A stretch of DNA of 64,000 nucleotides from Ranitomeya imitator (GCF_032444005.1 NC_091291.1:131316001-131380000); one strand, 5' to 3'; counted from the stretch's first letter, positions 1-13,326 are shown. Notes: generated from the letters alone by a model not told the origin. Numbers and translations: made by a program.

Positions 1-3
1 GTT

Positions 4-120
4 AAATGAAGAAACACTTTATTCTGCCATCATGCAACGATTCGACCAGTTTTGGTCTTTGTCAAGTACCAATACTGGCTGAAACATTGTATGATGGCAG
101 AATAAAGTGTTTCTTCATTT
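4..120. repeat. Inverted-repeat hairpin, probable Penelope-like element (PLE) remnant with hammerhead-variant core
   Basis: Arms AAATGAAGAAACACTTTATTCTGCCATCAT / ATGATGGCAGAATAAAGTGTTTCTTCATTT. The minus strand reads CTTGACAAAGACC-AAAACT-GGTCGAATCGTTG, resembling PLE hammerhead variants. Confidence 0.45.
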
Positions 121-299
121 TACTTCACCTGGATTAGATGCTGCTCTTTTTTCTATTGTGAGTTTTTGTCCGGTTGGGTCTGTGGACTTTGAGCGTGCCT
201 CCAAAAATCGTCTGATGTGCTGTCGGCTGCTGCTTCTTTTATGTAATGACTGACAAGTCTGCTCGCCCCCTCTACATGTCCTATACTGGTGATGCCCGC

Positions 300-972
300 T
301 CTTCATTTACAATAAGCTCTGGAGGTTCTCGGGGAGATCTCTGTCTGGCCTATAGATCCTAACAGCTCCTTTATATATTAAGAAAAAGCCAGATTACTCA
401 CCGGTAATGCTCTTTTAGTGAGTCCACGACAGCACCCCACTGGAGAGAGGGATCCGCCCCGCAGGAACAGGAAACCTACAGAAAAATAAAAGGGGGCGGT
501 CCGCCTCTCCTCCTCAGTTTTAATTTCAGAGTACCCGGAGGACCGCCAGTATTAGGCAAATATCATTTATTCCATTTTCAAACTTATTTGCTTATGTATG
601 ATTAAAAGAATTTTACTCAGTAGCATACACTATATTAATCTAGGGAGGGATGTAAGAGGGTGCTGTCGTGGACTCACTAAAAGAGCATTACCGGTGAGTA
701 ATCCGGCTTTTTACTCTTCGCCACGACAGCACCCCACTGGAGATCTTTCAAAGACCATCACCTGGGGGGGACCACCGTGCTGAGGACAGTCCTGCAGAAG
801 TCTAGGTCAGAAGTTGACGATAGGAGGAGAGGCGGACCGGCCCCTTTTATTTTTCTGTAGGTTTCCTGTTCCTGCGGGGCGGATCCCTCTCTCCAGTGGG
901 GTGCTGTCGTGGCAAAGAGTAAAAAAGTATGGATTTCTCTGGAATAAAACATCAGATCGCAGATATCAAGGG
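300..972. mobile_element. T2/Kolobok-type MITE fragment interrupted by the DIRS mini-element
   Basis: Flanks 310-382 and 927-972 join up to match contiguous sequence ~32800-32910 of the intact MITE copy (…ACATATTAAGAAAAA|CATGGATTTCTC…). Confidence 0.65.
383..926 (-). mobile_element. Miniature non-autonomous DIRS (tyrosine-recombinase retrotransposon) element
   Basis: Inverted terminal repeats (~425-515 vs ~825-912) with non-identical outer ends. An internal complementary region (~660-742) is the joined reverse complement of both termini. Ends lie in A/T tracts, with no TSD and no ORF. Confidence 0.8.
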
Positions 973-1815
973 GAGAAAAGATTTCTATAGGATAGGGATA
1001 GGACTCTTTCTCCCCTCCTTGGAAGTAAGTGGAGCTTCAATCCTTCAACTCCCCATTTCCCCGTGTGGACTCACTGTGCTCTTCGGCTGGCGTTCCTTTT
1101 TTGGCACCTGATTAGGATGTCCAGACCTGGTAGCAGCAGGCTGATTGAGCTCTAACAAAAGTTGTACACATTCAAGATACCTATTTAGTGTGTGTTTTGT
1201 TGTTTTTCTTCCCCTGCTCCCTCCTCAGAAATGCTCCTTTTTAGCCTTTTTTCTTGCTTTATTCAGTGCTGGACCAGGAAAGGGCGAGTAAAGCCTGGTT
1301 TGTTTTCTTAGAACCAACCATATCCATGGGTCAGAGATTTTCCAGAATCAGAAAACCCATGTATTGTATTTCAATTTGCTTCTTGAGTTCTCAATCTTAA
1401 AAAATATCTCCTTGGTCTTCTCATACAATGGAGGACATCACATCAAATAGACCTTTCTAACAATTTTTTTTGCAAAGTTGGCTTCTGGAGTCAGCAAATC
1501 AGCTGTTGCACAAACCTTTTGAGAGCAAAGGACATAGACAATGGCACCAACCAGTCCTGAAATGATCTTCCTTTGACTCACGGGTTACATTATTTCAGCG
1601 CCTCATTTTACTTAAAACCCAAAGTTGACCTTCAATGACCGCGAAATTGAAAGATCACAACCTTTAGTGATGGTCTGCACTTTTGGGTTAAGATCACGAG
1701 CTCAGCACTCTTCTATTTCATCACGATTACGACTGTGACTCACATCATTGCTCATCGAGCTTTTCAGACTTCCAGCATCGCTTTCAAAACAGAGACACGT
1801 CATGAACTCCACATC

Positions 1816-1876
1816 TGGTCTAAAGTCCATGAAGCTGCCTTGGAAATCAGCCAAAGTAGGGATGCTCTAATATAAA
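1816..1876 (+). promoter_or_regulatory. apoa4 copy 1 core promoter: HNF4-like DR1 (TGGTCTAAAGTCCA, 1816-1829) and TATA box (TATAAA, 1871-1876)
   Basis: TATAAA lies about 25-30 nt before the presumed start of non-coding exon 1. The CAAAGTCCA-type half site matches the HNF4 consensus known from apo promoters. Motif match only. Confidence 0.55.
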
Positions 1877-1899
1877 GGGCCGGCAGTGGCACAACTTCA

Positions 1900-1927
1900 T
1901 CCTCAGATCCAAACACCAAGGGATCAG
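1900..1927 (+). other. apoa4: apoa4 copy 1 non-coding exon 1 (start approximate)
   Basis: Ends CAG|GTAAGGAGCAATCT. The same donor context is seen in copies 2 and 3. The next acceptor is TTGCAG|2100. Confidence 0.65.
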
Positions 1928-2142
1928 GTAAGGAGCAATCTCATCCATCCATCCTGAAGAAGGAGACATGCAGAACTTGTAGAAGATCCTAGGTTCTTGG
2001 CGAACTACCACTTCTTACAAGCACAGAAACCATCCTCAGTTTTATGATTTCCCTTCCATTTCTTTACTTTTGAAACTTTTTTTTTTTCATTTCTTGCAGA
2101 TTTTCATCATTGGGACAAGGTTGACCTATCCAGAGAACCACC

Positions 2143-5100
2143 ATGCTGCTGAAAGTCCTAGGTCTGGCGCTAGTTGTGTGCGCAATCACAGGTCAGTAAA
2201 TGTCTAGGTGAATAGTATCTGAGCTTGGGGTTCCAGAACCAAAATCTAAGAGGAAATCCCAGGAACCGTGTGCCACAATATTGCCTTCTTATGTGGTAGA
2301 GGGGCATTTAAGCATCTAAAGTCACCAAACCCTGGGTTGTGACCTCTGCAACCCCCATAGCTAAACACTGATGGGTGAATAAACATGATATACATCAAGC
2401 GATACCATGTATTCGTACTTCAGATATATGTGGGTTTTTTCAAATGATAAATAATAGGATATCTAAACTTTCTAGAACTTTTCAAATATGTTGTAGCCCC
2501 TTTTTAGTACAGTTGATTGATTGGTACTTACATCAGGAGACCACCACCCTTCACTTATTTCAGGGGGCAGAGGTGCTCATCTTATTCTCAAGAGCGAGCA
2601 GAGAGGACCATAGGCCTAAAAGGATTTTCCAGTCTTACTATAATGATGACTGATCCAGCTCAGCTCCTATTGAAGTTTAGAGGAGCCGAGCTGCAGTAAC
2701 CAGGAATGGCCACCACTCAGTGAGTGGAGCTGGAGAGCTCTGACTCCAATCACTGCTATGTGGAGCTGAAAACAGCTGTTCAATGGGGGGCATGGGGCTG
2801 ATCTGATATTGATGAACCATCTTAAGCCTGGTGAACCTCTTTAATAAAAAGTTTATGGCTCCATATGCCACTTTGTTCTCACTTGAATATAAGCTCATCC
2901 CTTCTTTCTTTCTCTTGGTTTCCAGGGGTCTCTAGACCCTGAACTCCACCAAATACTACTCCTGAATTATAACCTATCAACAATCATTAACCCGGCTGTT
3001 GTCCTCGGTCTGGGGAGACCGATTTTGAACTTTGGTATTTTTTGGGGTGTTCAAGATGCGGTTCTGAAACTTGTGGTTGATTGACTTAAATGAGGATGGG
3101 TCGGTCGGCCACGGGTTTCAGAGCCGCATCTTGAATATTTTAAAGAATATTGAAGTTCAAGGTCGGTCGTTTTTGACCGAAGACAACAGCAGGGTTTTAA
3201 GATTTCTCATGTCAATAGTAGAGATGAAAATAATCAATTTTGTATTATATCTTATCAGAGGAATCTGCTTCTTTCTCCTCCCAGACTGAGCTTTCACTCT
3301 CAATTCAGGGGTAAAATCTACAAAATCAGTATTCAAGGAAGACAGATGTTCCCATTACAGTGATGACGGTTGGTGCTTTTAAAATTCTATGGCGAAGGCG
3401 GAGATAGAGGCCGACCCAGATATTCTACTGAAATGACAATTACACTTCTCCATAGAACTTTATAAGCACCAACTGTCATCTCCTATCTCAGTAAGGGGAA
3501 TTTTTGTATTCCAATTTTACCTGTGAATTGAGAATTTTGAGCGCGAAAGATCAGTCCAGGAGGAGAAAGAAGCAGATTTTTCTACTAAGATATATTACAA
3601 AATTGCTTATTGTCTTGTGTATTATTTATGTATGGCAAAAATGAAAGTGAGGGTCACTCTCTATACAATATTATTCTATTTGAATGATGAATAGACTGCG
3701 ACGTTCTAATATCTGTTCTTCTGTCCTAGGATCTCAAGCCGAGATCAGCACTGACCAGATAAGCGATGCCTTCTGGGATTACTTCACCCAGCTGTCCAGC
3801 AACACCAAAGACAAAGTGGAGCAGATACAGCAATCCGACATCAGCAAACAGCTAAAGTAGGTGTCCAAAATATGCGCGGACGGCCGTCACCATAGACTGA
3901 GCCATCCTGGGCCTCTTTCTGTAATAATGTCTCCCATCCTGGGCTTCTTCCAGTAATAATGACCCCTCATCCTGGGCTCCTTCCTTGTATAATGTCCCTC
4001 ATCCTGGGCTTCATCCTTGTATAATGTCCCCCATCCTGTGCTCCTTCCTTGTATAATGTCCCCCATCCTGGGCTCCTTCCTTATATAATGTCCCCCATCC
4101 TGAACTCCTTCCTTGCATAATGTCCCCCATCCTGGGCTCCTTCCTTGTATAATGTCCCCAATCCTGGGCTTCTTCCTTGTATAATGTCCTCCATCCTGGG
4201 CTCCTTCCTTATATAATGTCCCCCATCCCGGACTCCTTCCTTGCATAATGTCCCCCATCCTGGGCTCCTTCCTTGTATAATGTCCCCAATCCTGGGCTCC
4301 TTCCTTGTATAATGTCCCCCATCCTGGGCTCCTTCCTTGTATAATCTCCCTCATCATGGGCTCCTTCCTTATATAATGTCCCCCATCCTGGCCTCCTTCC
4401 TTATACAATGTCCCCCATCCTGGGCTCCTTCCTTGTATAATGTCCCCAATCCTGGGCTCCCTTCCTTGTATAATGTCCCCCATCCTGGACTCCTTCCTTG
4501 TATAATCTCCCTCATCATGGGCTCCTTCCTTGTATAATGTCCCCCACCCTGGGCTCCTTCCTTGTATAATGTCCCCCATCTTGGGCTTCTTCCTTGTATA
4601 ATGTCCTCCATCCTGGGCTCCTTCCTTGTATAATGTCCCCCACCTTGGGCTTCTTCCTTGTATAATGTCCCCCATCCTGGGCTCCTTCCTTGTATAATGT
4701 GCCCCATCCTGGGCTCCTTCCTTATATAATGTCCCCCATCCTGGACTCCTTCCTTGTATAATGTCCCCCATCCCGGGCTCCTTCCTTATACAATGTCCCC
4801 CATCCTGGACTCCTTCCTTGTATAATGTCCCTCATCCTGGGCTTCATCTTTGTATAATGTCCCCCATCCTGGGCTCCTTCCTTATACAATGTCCCCCATC
4901 CTGGGCTCCTTTCTTGTATAATGTCCCCAATCCTGGGCTCCCTTCCTTGTATAATGTCCCCCATCCTGGACTCCTTCCTTGTATAATCTCCCTCATCATG
5001 GGCTCCTTCCTTGTATAATGTCCCCCACCCTGGGCTCCTTCCTTGTATAATGTCCCCCATCTTGGGCTTCTTCCTTGTATAATGTCCTCCATCCTGGGCT

Positions 5101-8100
5101 CCTTCCTTGTATAATGTCCCCCACCTTGGGCTTCTTCCTTGTATAATGTCCCCCATCCTGGGCTCCTTCCTTGTATAATGTGCCCCATCCTGGGCTCCTT
5201 CCTTATATAATGTCCCCCATCCTGGACTCCTTCCTTGTATAATGTCCCCCATCCTGGGCTTCTTCCTTGTATAATGTCCCCCATCCTGGGCTCCTTCCTT
5301 GTATAATGTCCCCATCCTGGGCTCCATCCTTGTATTTTGCCCCTCATCATTGACTCCTTCCTTATATAATGTCCCCCATCTTGGGCTCCTTCCTTGTATA
5401 ATGTCTCGCTTCCTGGGCTCCTTCCTTGTATAATGTCCCCCATCCTGGACCCCTTCCTTGTATAATGTCCCCCTTACTGGACGCCTTCCTTGTATTTTGC
5501 CCCTCATCATGGACTCCTTCCTTGTATAATGTCCGACATCCTGGGCTCCTTCCTTATACAATGTCCCCCATCCTGGGCTCCTTCCTTGTATAATGTCCCC
5601 AATCCTGGGCTCCCTTCCTTGTATAATGTCCCCCATCCTGGACTCCTTCCTTGTATAATCTCCCTCATCATGGGCTCCTTCCTTGTATAATGTCCCCCAC
5701 CCTGGGCTCCTTCCTTGTATAATGTCCCCCATCTTGGGCTTCTTCCTTGTATAATGTCCTCCATCCTGGGCTCCTTCCTTGTATAATGTCCCCCACCTTG
5801 GGCTTCTTCCTTGTATAATGTCCCCCATCCTGGGCTCCTTCCTTGTATAATGTGCCCCATCCTGGGCTCCTTCCTTATATAATGTCCCCCATCCTGGACT
5901 CCTTCCTTGTATAATGTCCCCCATCCCGGGCTCCTTCCTTATACAATGTCCCCCATCCTGGACTCCTTCCTTGTATAATGTCCCTCATCCTGAGCTTCAT
6001 CCTTGTATAATGTCCCCCATCCTGGGCTCCTTCCTTGTATAATGTCCCCCATCTTGGGCTTCTTCCTTGTATAATGTCCTCCATCCTGGGCTCCTTCCTT
6101 ATATAATGTCCCCCATCCTGGACTCCTTCCTTGCATAATGTCCCCCATCCTGGGCTCCTTCCTTGTATAATGTCCCCTATCCTGGGCTCCTTCCTTGTAT
6201 AATGTCCCCCATCCTGGGCTCCTTCCTTGTATAATCTCCCTCATCATGGGCTCCTTCCTTATATAATGTCCCCTATCCTGGGCTCCTTCCTTATACAATG
6301 TCCCCCATCCTGGGCTCCTTTCTTGTATAATGTCCCCAATCCTGGGCTCCCTTCCTTGTATAATGTCCCCCATCCTGGACTCCTTCCTTGTATAATCTCC
6401 CTCATCATGGGCTCCTTCCTTGTATAATGTCCCCCACCCTGGGCTCCTTCCTTGTATAATGTCCCCCATCTTGGGCTTCTTCCTTGTATAATGTCCTCCA
6501 TCCTGGGCTCCTTCCTTGTATAATGTCCCCCACCTTGGGCTTCTTCCTTGTATAATGTCCCCCATCTTGGGCTCCTTCCTTGTATAATGTGCCCCATCCT
6601 GGGCTCCTTCCTTATATAATGTCCCCCATCCTGGACTCCTTCCTTGTATAATGTCCCTCATCCCGGGCTCCTTCCTTATACAATGTCCCCCACCCTGTGC
6701 TCCTTCCTTGTATAATGTCCCCCATCTTGGGCTTCTTCCTTGTATAATGTCCTCCATCCTGGGCTCCTTCCTTGTATAATGTCCCCCACCTTGGGCTTCT
6801 TCCTTGTATAATGTCCCCCATCTTGGGCTCCTTCCTTGTATAATGTGCCCCATCCTGGGCTTCTTCCTTGTATAATGTCCCCCATCCTGGGCTCCTTCCT
6901 TGTATAATGTCCCCATCCTGGGCTCCATCCTTGTATTTTGCCCCTCATCATGGACTCCTTCCTTATATAATGTCCCCCATCTTGGGCTCCTTCCTTGTAT
7001 AATGTCTCGCTTCCTGGGCTCCTTCCTTGTATAATGTCCCCCATCCTGGACCCCTTCCTTGTATAATGTCCCCCTTACTGGACGCCTTCCTTGTATTTTG
7101 CCCCTCATCATGGACTCCTTCCTTATATAATGTCCCCCATCTTGGGCTCCTTCCTTGTTTATTGCCCCATCCTGGACTCCTTCCATGTATAATGTACCCC
7201 ATCATTGGCTCCTTCCTTGTATAATATCCCCATCTTGGGCGCCTTCCTTATATATTGCCCGATCCTGGACTCCTTGCTTGTATATTGCCCCCCATCCTGG
7301 GCTCCTTCCTTGTATAATGTCCCCCATCCTGGACTCCTTCCTTGTATTTTGCCCCTCATCATTGACTCCTTCCTTATATAATGTCCTCCATCTTGGGCTC
7401 CTTCCTTGTATATTGCCCCCCATCCTGGACTCCTTCCTTGTATAATGTCCCCATCCTGGGCTCCTTCCTTGTATATTGTCCCCCATCCTGAGCTCTTCCT
7501 TGTATAATGTCCCCCATCCTGAGCGCCTTCCTTGTATATTGCCCCCCATCCTGAGCTCCTTCCTTGTATAATGTCCCCCCATCCTGAGCTCCTTCCTTGT
7601 ATATTGCTCTCCATCCTGAGCTCCTTCCTTGTATATTGCCCCCCATCTTGGGCTCCTTCTTTGTATATTGCCCCCCATCCTGGACTCCTTCCTTGTATAA
7701 TGTCCCCATCCTGGGCTTCATCCTTGTATAATGTCCCCCATCCTGGGCTCCTTCCTTGTATAATGTCCCCCATCTTGGGCTTCTTCCTTGTATAATGTCC
7801 TCCATCCTGGGCTCCTTCCTTATATAATGTCCCCCATCCTGGACTCCTTCCTTGTATAATGTCCCCCATCCTGAGCTCCTTCCTTGTATATTGTCCCCCA
7901 TCCTGGGCTCCTTCCTTGTATATTGCCCCCCATCCTGAGCTCCTTTCTTGTATAATGTCCCCCATCCTGAGCTCCTTCCTTGTATATTGCCCCCCATCCT
8001 GAGCTCCTTCCTTATATAATGTCCCCCATCCTGAGCTCCTTCCTTATATAATGTCCCCCATCCTGAGCTCCTTCCTTGTATATTGCCCCCCATCCTGAGC

Positions 8101-11100
8101 TCCTTCCTTGTATATTGCCCCCCCCCCCATCCTGAGCTCTTCCTTGTATAATGTCCCCCATCCTGAGCTCTTCCTTGTATATTGCCCCCCATCCTGGGCT
8201 CCTTCCTTGTATATTGCCCCCCCCCATCCTGAGCTCTTCCTTGTATAATGTCCCCCATCCTGAGCTCCTTCCTTATATAATGCCCCCTATCCTGAGCTCC
8301 TTCCTTGTATAATGCCCCCCATCCTGAGCTCCTTCCTTGTATATTGCCCCCCATCCTGAGCTCCTTCCTTGCAGCCCTGGAATCACAATGACTTGTAAAG
8401 TCAACATGTTGGATGGACCTTGACCATAAAGCAGAAGGTTAATCCTCTGTGTTTGTCTGTGACTCTCAATATCTAATTGCTTTTCTATTTATTGTATTGC
8501 TATTTTGCTTCTTTTCCGTTCTCTTCCTCCGCCTCCCGCTTTCCTTCATTACACATTGACATTGTCCATCATTATTACATGCTCTTTCCTCCACTATTTC
8601 ATCATTTTCTTCTTCTTTGTTTTCACCGTGTTTTGCTTTATAAAACATATTTTAATTTATTTCTTAAATGGGATTTCCAGAATCCACAAATTTCATTTTT
8701 TTAAGTGCTACTATTAAAAAGTAACATTTTAATTTTTACTTCATAAATCAATAGTACATATAAAAAACTATTTTATAACAAATATAATCAGAGAAATCAG
8801 TTTCTTTCTCCTCCTGGACTTATTATTTACTCTAAAAAATGTCATGGTTAAAATCTGTCTTCAGTGAATACAGATTTTCCTACTATTGAGCTAAGAAATG
8901 ACAGTTGGTGCTCATAAAGTTCTATGGAGGGCTGAGGAGCAGCGAGAAGAAGACACTGACATTCTATTGCAAGTTCACCTCAAACAATAGTTACATTTTG
9001 AAGTGTTATTACAGGAGAACTTGCAGCAGAATGTCCGTGTCTGTGGATGTTAGACATTAATAATAGATATTGGACAACCCCGTTAATTGAATGGGTTGTT
9101 AATTTTATGTGTTTTTGTGGTGTGAAGAGTTTTCAAGTTTCTTGTAATTTGTCTGCTTAATGGGTTATTCCCATTCTAAAAAGGTATCACATATCTTAAG
9201 AATAGGTAAAAACTTGCTGAACACTATGTATCTGACCTCTTGTTCTTCCCCCAATGCCCAAACTGATGGTCACACTTTGCTTGCCACTGGTCCACTGACT
9301 ACTGGGTCTTCCCCCGATGCCCAGAGTGATGGCCACACGTTCATGCCACTGGTCGATTCAATGACCGCTGGGTCTACCCCCGATGACCAAAGTGATGGCC
9401 ACACGTTCATGCCACTGTTCCATTCAATGACCGCTGGGTCTACCCCCAATGGCCAGAGTGATGGCCACACGGTCATGCCACTGGTCCATTCAATGATCGC
9501 TGGGTCTACCCCCGATGGCCAGAGTGATGGCCACACGGTCATGCCACTGCTCCATTCACTGACCGCTGGATCTTCCCCCGATGGCCACAGTGATGGCAAC
9601 ACATTGTTTGCCTCTGGTCCATTCACTGACTGCTTGGTCTTCCCTCGGTGCCCAGAGTGGTGACCACACGTTCATGACACTGCTCCATTCACTGACCACT
9701 GGATCTTCACCCGATGGCCACAGTGATGGCAACACATTGTTTGCCTCTGGTCCATTCACTGATCACTGGGTCTTCCCTCGGTGCCAAGAGTGATGACCAC
9801 ATGGTCATGCCACTGGTCCATTCACTGACCTCTGGATCTCTCCTCGATGCCCAGAGTGATGACCACACGTTCATGCCACTGCTCCATTCACTGACCACTG
9901 GATCTTCCCCCGATGGCCGCAGTGATGGCCACACATTGTTTGCCTCTGGTCCATTCACTGACAGCTGGGTCTTCCCTCAGTGACAAGAGTGATGACCACA
10001 CGGTCATGCCACTGGTCCATTCACTGACCGCTGGGTCTTCCCCCGATGCCCAGAATGATGGCCACACATTGTTTGCCACTGGTCCACACGTGTGGGCTAC
10101 TTGTCCATTGATACCTATGGGACTGCCACAGAGAGTGAAGGGCGATGCTCTACTAATTCTGTCAAAGCAAAGTCCATGAAAATACCATAGAAGTGTCCAC
10201 AATACTTTTATGCACATAACAAGAATTTTTTTTTTATATTTTAGAGGTCGTTCTATAATTATTATTTTTTGCTCTCCACAGTGGTCTAATTGACGAAAAC
10301 CTGAAGAGCATTAACCTTTACGCAGGAGAACTGCAGCAAAAGCTTGTACCATTTGTCAAGCAGATGCATGACCAACTAACTCAAGACCCTGAAAAACTGA
10401 AGGAAGAAATTAGACAGGAGCTGGAGAAATTGAAGGACAAGCTGATTCCTTATACCGAAGAGGTGCAGAAGCAGCTGACTGAGAATACTGAGGAGCTTCG
10501 GGTTAAACTTGCACCTTACGCGGAAGAGATTAGAGCCCAGCTGGACAAAAACACAGAGACACTCATTGAGCAGCTGAAGACTGTAACAAAGGACCTAGAA
10601 ACCAAGATCAGAGAAAACACAGACCAGGTGCAGTCATCATTGACCCCATATTCCCAAGAACTCAAGGCTACCATAGACGACAATGTAGAACAGCTCAGAA
10701 AGCAACTAATTCCCATCACCGATAAAGTCAAAGATAACGTTGATCAACAACTCCAAGAGCTATATAAAAACCTAAAACCCTACGCAGAGGATGTACAGGA
10801 AGAACTGCGCAACCAGATCAAGAACATGGACTTCCAGATGAAGAAGAACGTCGAGCAGATGGAAAGCAAAATGCTTGAGTTCACTGGACAACTGAAAGAG
10901 CAACTCTACCCCTATGCCAATGAGCTGAGAACCAAGCTGGATGGAGATATGACAAACGTCAAGCAGACATTGGAGCCCTACCTTACCGAGATGAACCAGA
11001 AGATGGACCAGAAGATCGTAGAGTTCAAAGACACAATGACCCCATATGCAGATGCCCTCAACAAGGATCTGGTACAGAGAGTCGAAGACATGAAGAAGAA

Positions 11101-11209
11101 GTTGGGAGAATATACTGTAAGCGTTCAGGATCAAGTGGAGTATCTGCAGAAAGATGTCCGAGACAAGATCCAAGATTTCATCAATAAGGGCATTTCCACC
11201 GAAAACTGA
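2143..11209 (+). CDS. apoa4: Apolipoprotein A-IV, copy 1 (most canonical); join(2143..2191,3730..3856,10282..11209), 367 aa
   Basis: Signal peptide MLLKVLGLALVVCAITG; exon 3 SQAEISTDQISDAFWDYFTQLSSNTKDKVEQIQQSDISKQL; large last exon of 22-mer Pro-punctuated amphipathic repeats with FQMKKN and LQKDVRDKI motifs colinear with human APOA4. GT-AG introns in phases 1 and 2. AATAAA at 11565. Confidence 0.93.
3247..3594. mobile_element. Palindromic non-autonomous DNA element (MITE); related copies at ~8780-9010 and ~51660-51995
   Basis: Arms AATCTGCTTCTTTCTCCTCC / GGAGGAGAAAGAAGCAGATT. The internal GACAGTTGGTGCT…TTCTATGG motif is shared by the three copies. Confidence 0.6.
3902..8371. repeat. 32-bp minisatellite (~4.5 kb) in apoa4 copy 1 intron 3
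   Basis: Unit CCTTCCTTGTATAATGTCCCCCATCCTGGGCT. Variants shift to GTATATTGCCCCCCATCCTGAGCT in the 3' part. Higher-order blocks recur at an offset of about 1890 bp. Confidence 0.97.
9245..10085. repeat. ~63-66-bp tandem repeat in apoa4 copy 1 intron 3
   Basis: Unit GGGTCTTCCCCCGATGCCCAGAGTGATGGCCACACGTTCATGCCACTGGTCCATTCACTGACCGCT with two alternating subtypes. Confidence 0.9.
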
Positions 11210-12995
11210 ATTACCCGAAGATTGAAGAACAAAGTCATCAGCTATGATACCACTCAACATTACAATTAATAACGGTGCTCTTCCACTACCACATTGCTAG
11301 AGGTTGTATTTTCTGTCTACATGGCTTACTCCGTTACAAGCCCAAGCCTCTCCCGAGCTTAGAACCATCTCTGACTTTTCTTTGTTGTTTCCAGTCCTTT
11401 CAGTTTACCTCCATAGTAATAGCTCAGATCCGGTAATCTACCTGTAGCTAATCTGAACATCAAAGATCCCTTCTGTCACCTGTGCCAGTGCAGTATTCCA
11501 ATATTGCGATGTTTACATAATCTTTCCATCATTGCCTTATCTTTGTGCTATTCGCATTCTGTTGAATAAAATTAAACGCAACAATACGTCTTGTGTCCTG
11601 GTTGCTTACGTTAGAAGATATCAGGGATCCGAGTTCCAAAAGTTTTGATACTTTGCTTGTGACCCTCTACACAAGTCTACATCTCTAGTCAATGTACACC
11701 TAATCTGACCTGGCATCAAATGTTTTTTTTACAATAGAAAATGTTGCAAATAATCTATAAATTCAACCAATTCTCCAAATTATTGACCATTGTATGTGAA
11801 GATAACGTGCAAAAATTGGCACCGAGTTCATCAATATGGTGCACGACTAGACTTCTTTTCTGATACTGTACATGTTTTATCAAATATTAAAGTTAGGATT
11901 AAGGGATTTTATACCTATTATGAATTTTTTATAAAGGCATCCTGTGATTGTGAATATGCCAAAATGCCTTAAAGGGGCTTTTCAGAAGTTATATAGTATT
12001 GACCCAGGGGTGGACACAGACAGCTTGAGGCCCCTGTGCAAGAAATGTATCAGGCCCCCCCCCTCCTATTATGGCAACCAAGCTACAGATATACTGTACA
12101 TATTTTTTTTTACTCCTATCATTATATATATTGCCGTCCATTATTACACAGTACCCTCTCTTTATGTATAGCGCCGTCCCTTATCACATAGTTCCCTCTT
12201 GTTATGTACAGCACTGTCCCTTACATATCAGATTCTCGTTATTTTTGTTATTTATACCTCCCTGTTCTTTATTACATATCGTCCACGCTTGTCAGATATA
12301 AACTGAAATGATGGCTGACGGAGCATGGGAAACTTCTTTTGTGATGGATGCGGATGATGCCCTGGTCTTCCGGTCAGATGCTGCTCCATCAGCAGTCATT
12401 TTACATTTTACAGGAGAGGGGCCTATGCAGTAAAGAAAGGGCGCTGTGGACAACAAAAATAATGAGAATACTCAATGTAAGGGACGGTGCTGTAGATGAC
12501 AAGAGATGATACTGTGTAATAATGGACGGCGCTCCACATAACAGGGCGCTATATAATAAAGGACGGCACTATACATAAATAGAGAGGATAAATAAAATCC
12601 AGAAAATCCTATTGTTATTGTCTGTTGGTGGTTCAATAAAGTATTGGCACACTGTTTTACCCTCACCCTGTGTTGTCTGCATAGTGTTCTCCCGATGGGA
12701 TAGGAGAGCAGGCAATCAGTGGGATGAGCCCTGGTTCATGCGGACGCGGTCTTTCTAAAGACATCCGGGCCTGCGGACGAGAGCAGCCACTGACCCCATG
12801 TCTCCCCATTATGTTACAGTATATTATTCAATGGCTTCATGTATAGAGTAAATATCAAGCACATATCCGCAACACATAGAGACGACTACCCCAAAACCAC
12901 AAGACGTACGGTAAGTCCCATATCAGTTTGTGGCTTTCGCATGGCATGGCACCCTGAAGATTTCATCTCTTTTTTTTTTTTAAATTGGCATGTAC

Positions 12996-13287
12996 TAGGG
13001 TTGAGCGAAACGGATCGTTCATTTTCAAAAGTCGCCGACTTTTGGCAAAGTCGGGTTTCATGAAACCCGACCCGATCCCTGTGTGGGGTCGGCCATGCGG
13101 TACGCGACTTTCGCGCCAAAGTCGCGTTTAGTATGACGCGCTTGGCGCCATTTTTTCAGCCAATGAAGGAGCGTGGGCAGAGTGATGACATAGGTCTTAG
13201 GGGCGTGGACGCCTATCGTGATATTGTCGCTTGTGTGCTGTAGCGATTTGCAATGTGTAACACCAGCTTTTCTGTTCAGGAACGGAG

Positions 13288-13326
<39 letters not shown>

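Noticed and set aside
3887-8354. Long minus-strand ORFs (up to 415 aa, GRSPGWGTLYKEG repeats)
   Set aside because: They are translations of the 32-bp minisatellite, open in several frames at once, and lie antisense within an intron.
10364-11209. ORF-track starts for apo last exons (10364, 18257, 35564, 53044) as stand-alone genes
   Set aside because: Each is the terminal exon of a spliced gene. The true starts and signal peptides are in upstream exons.
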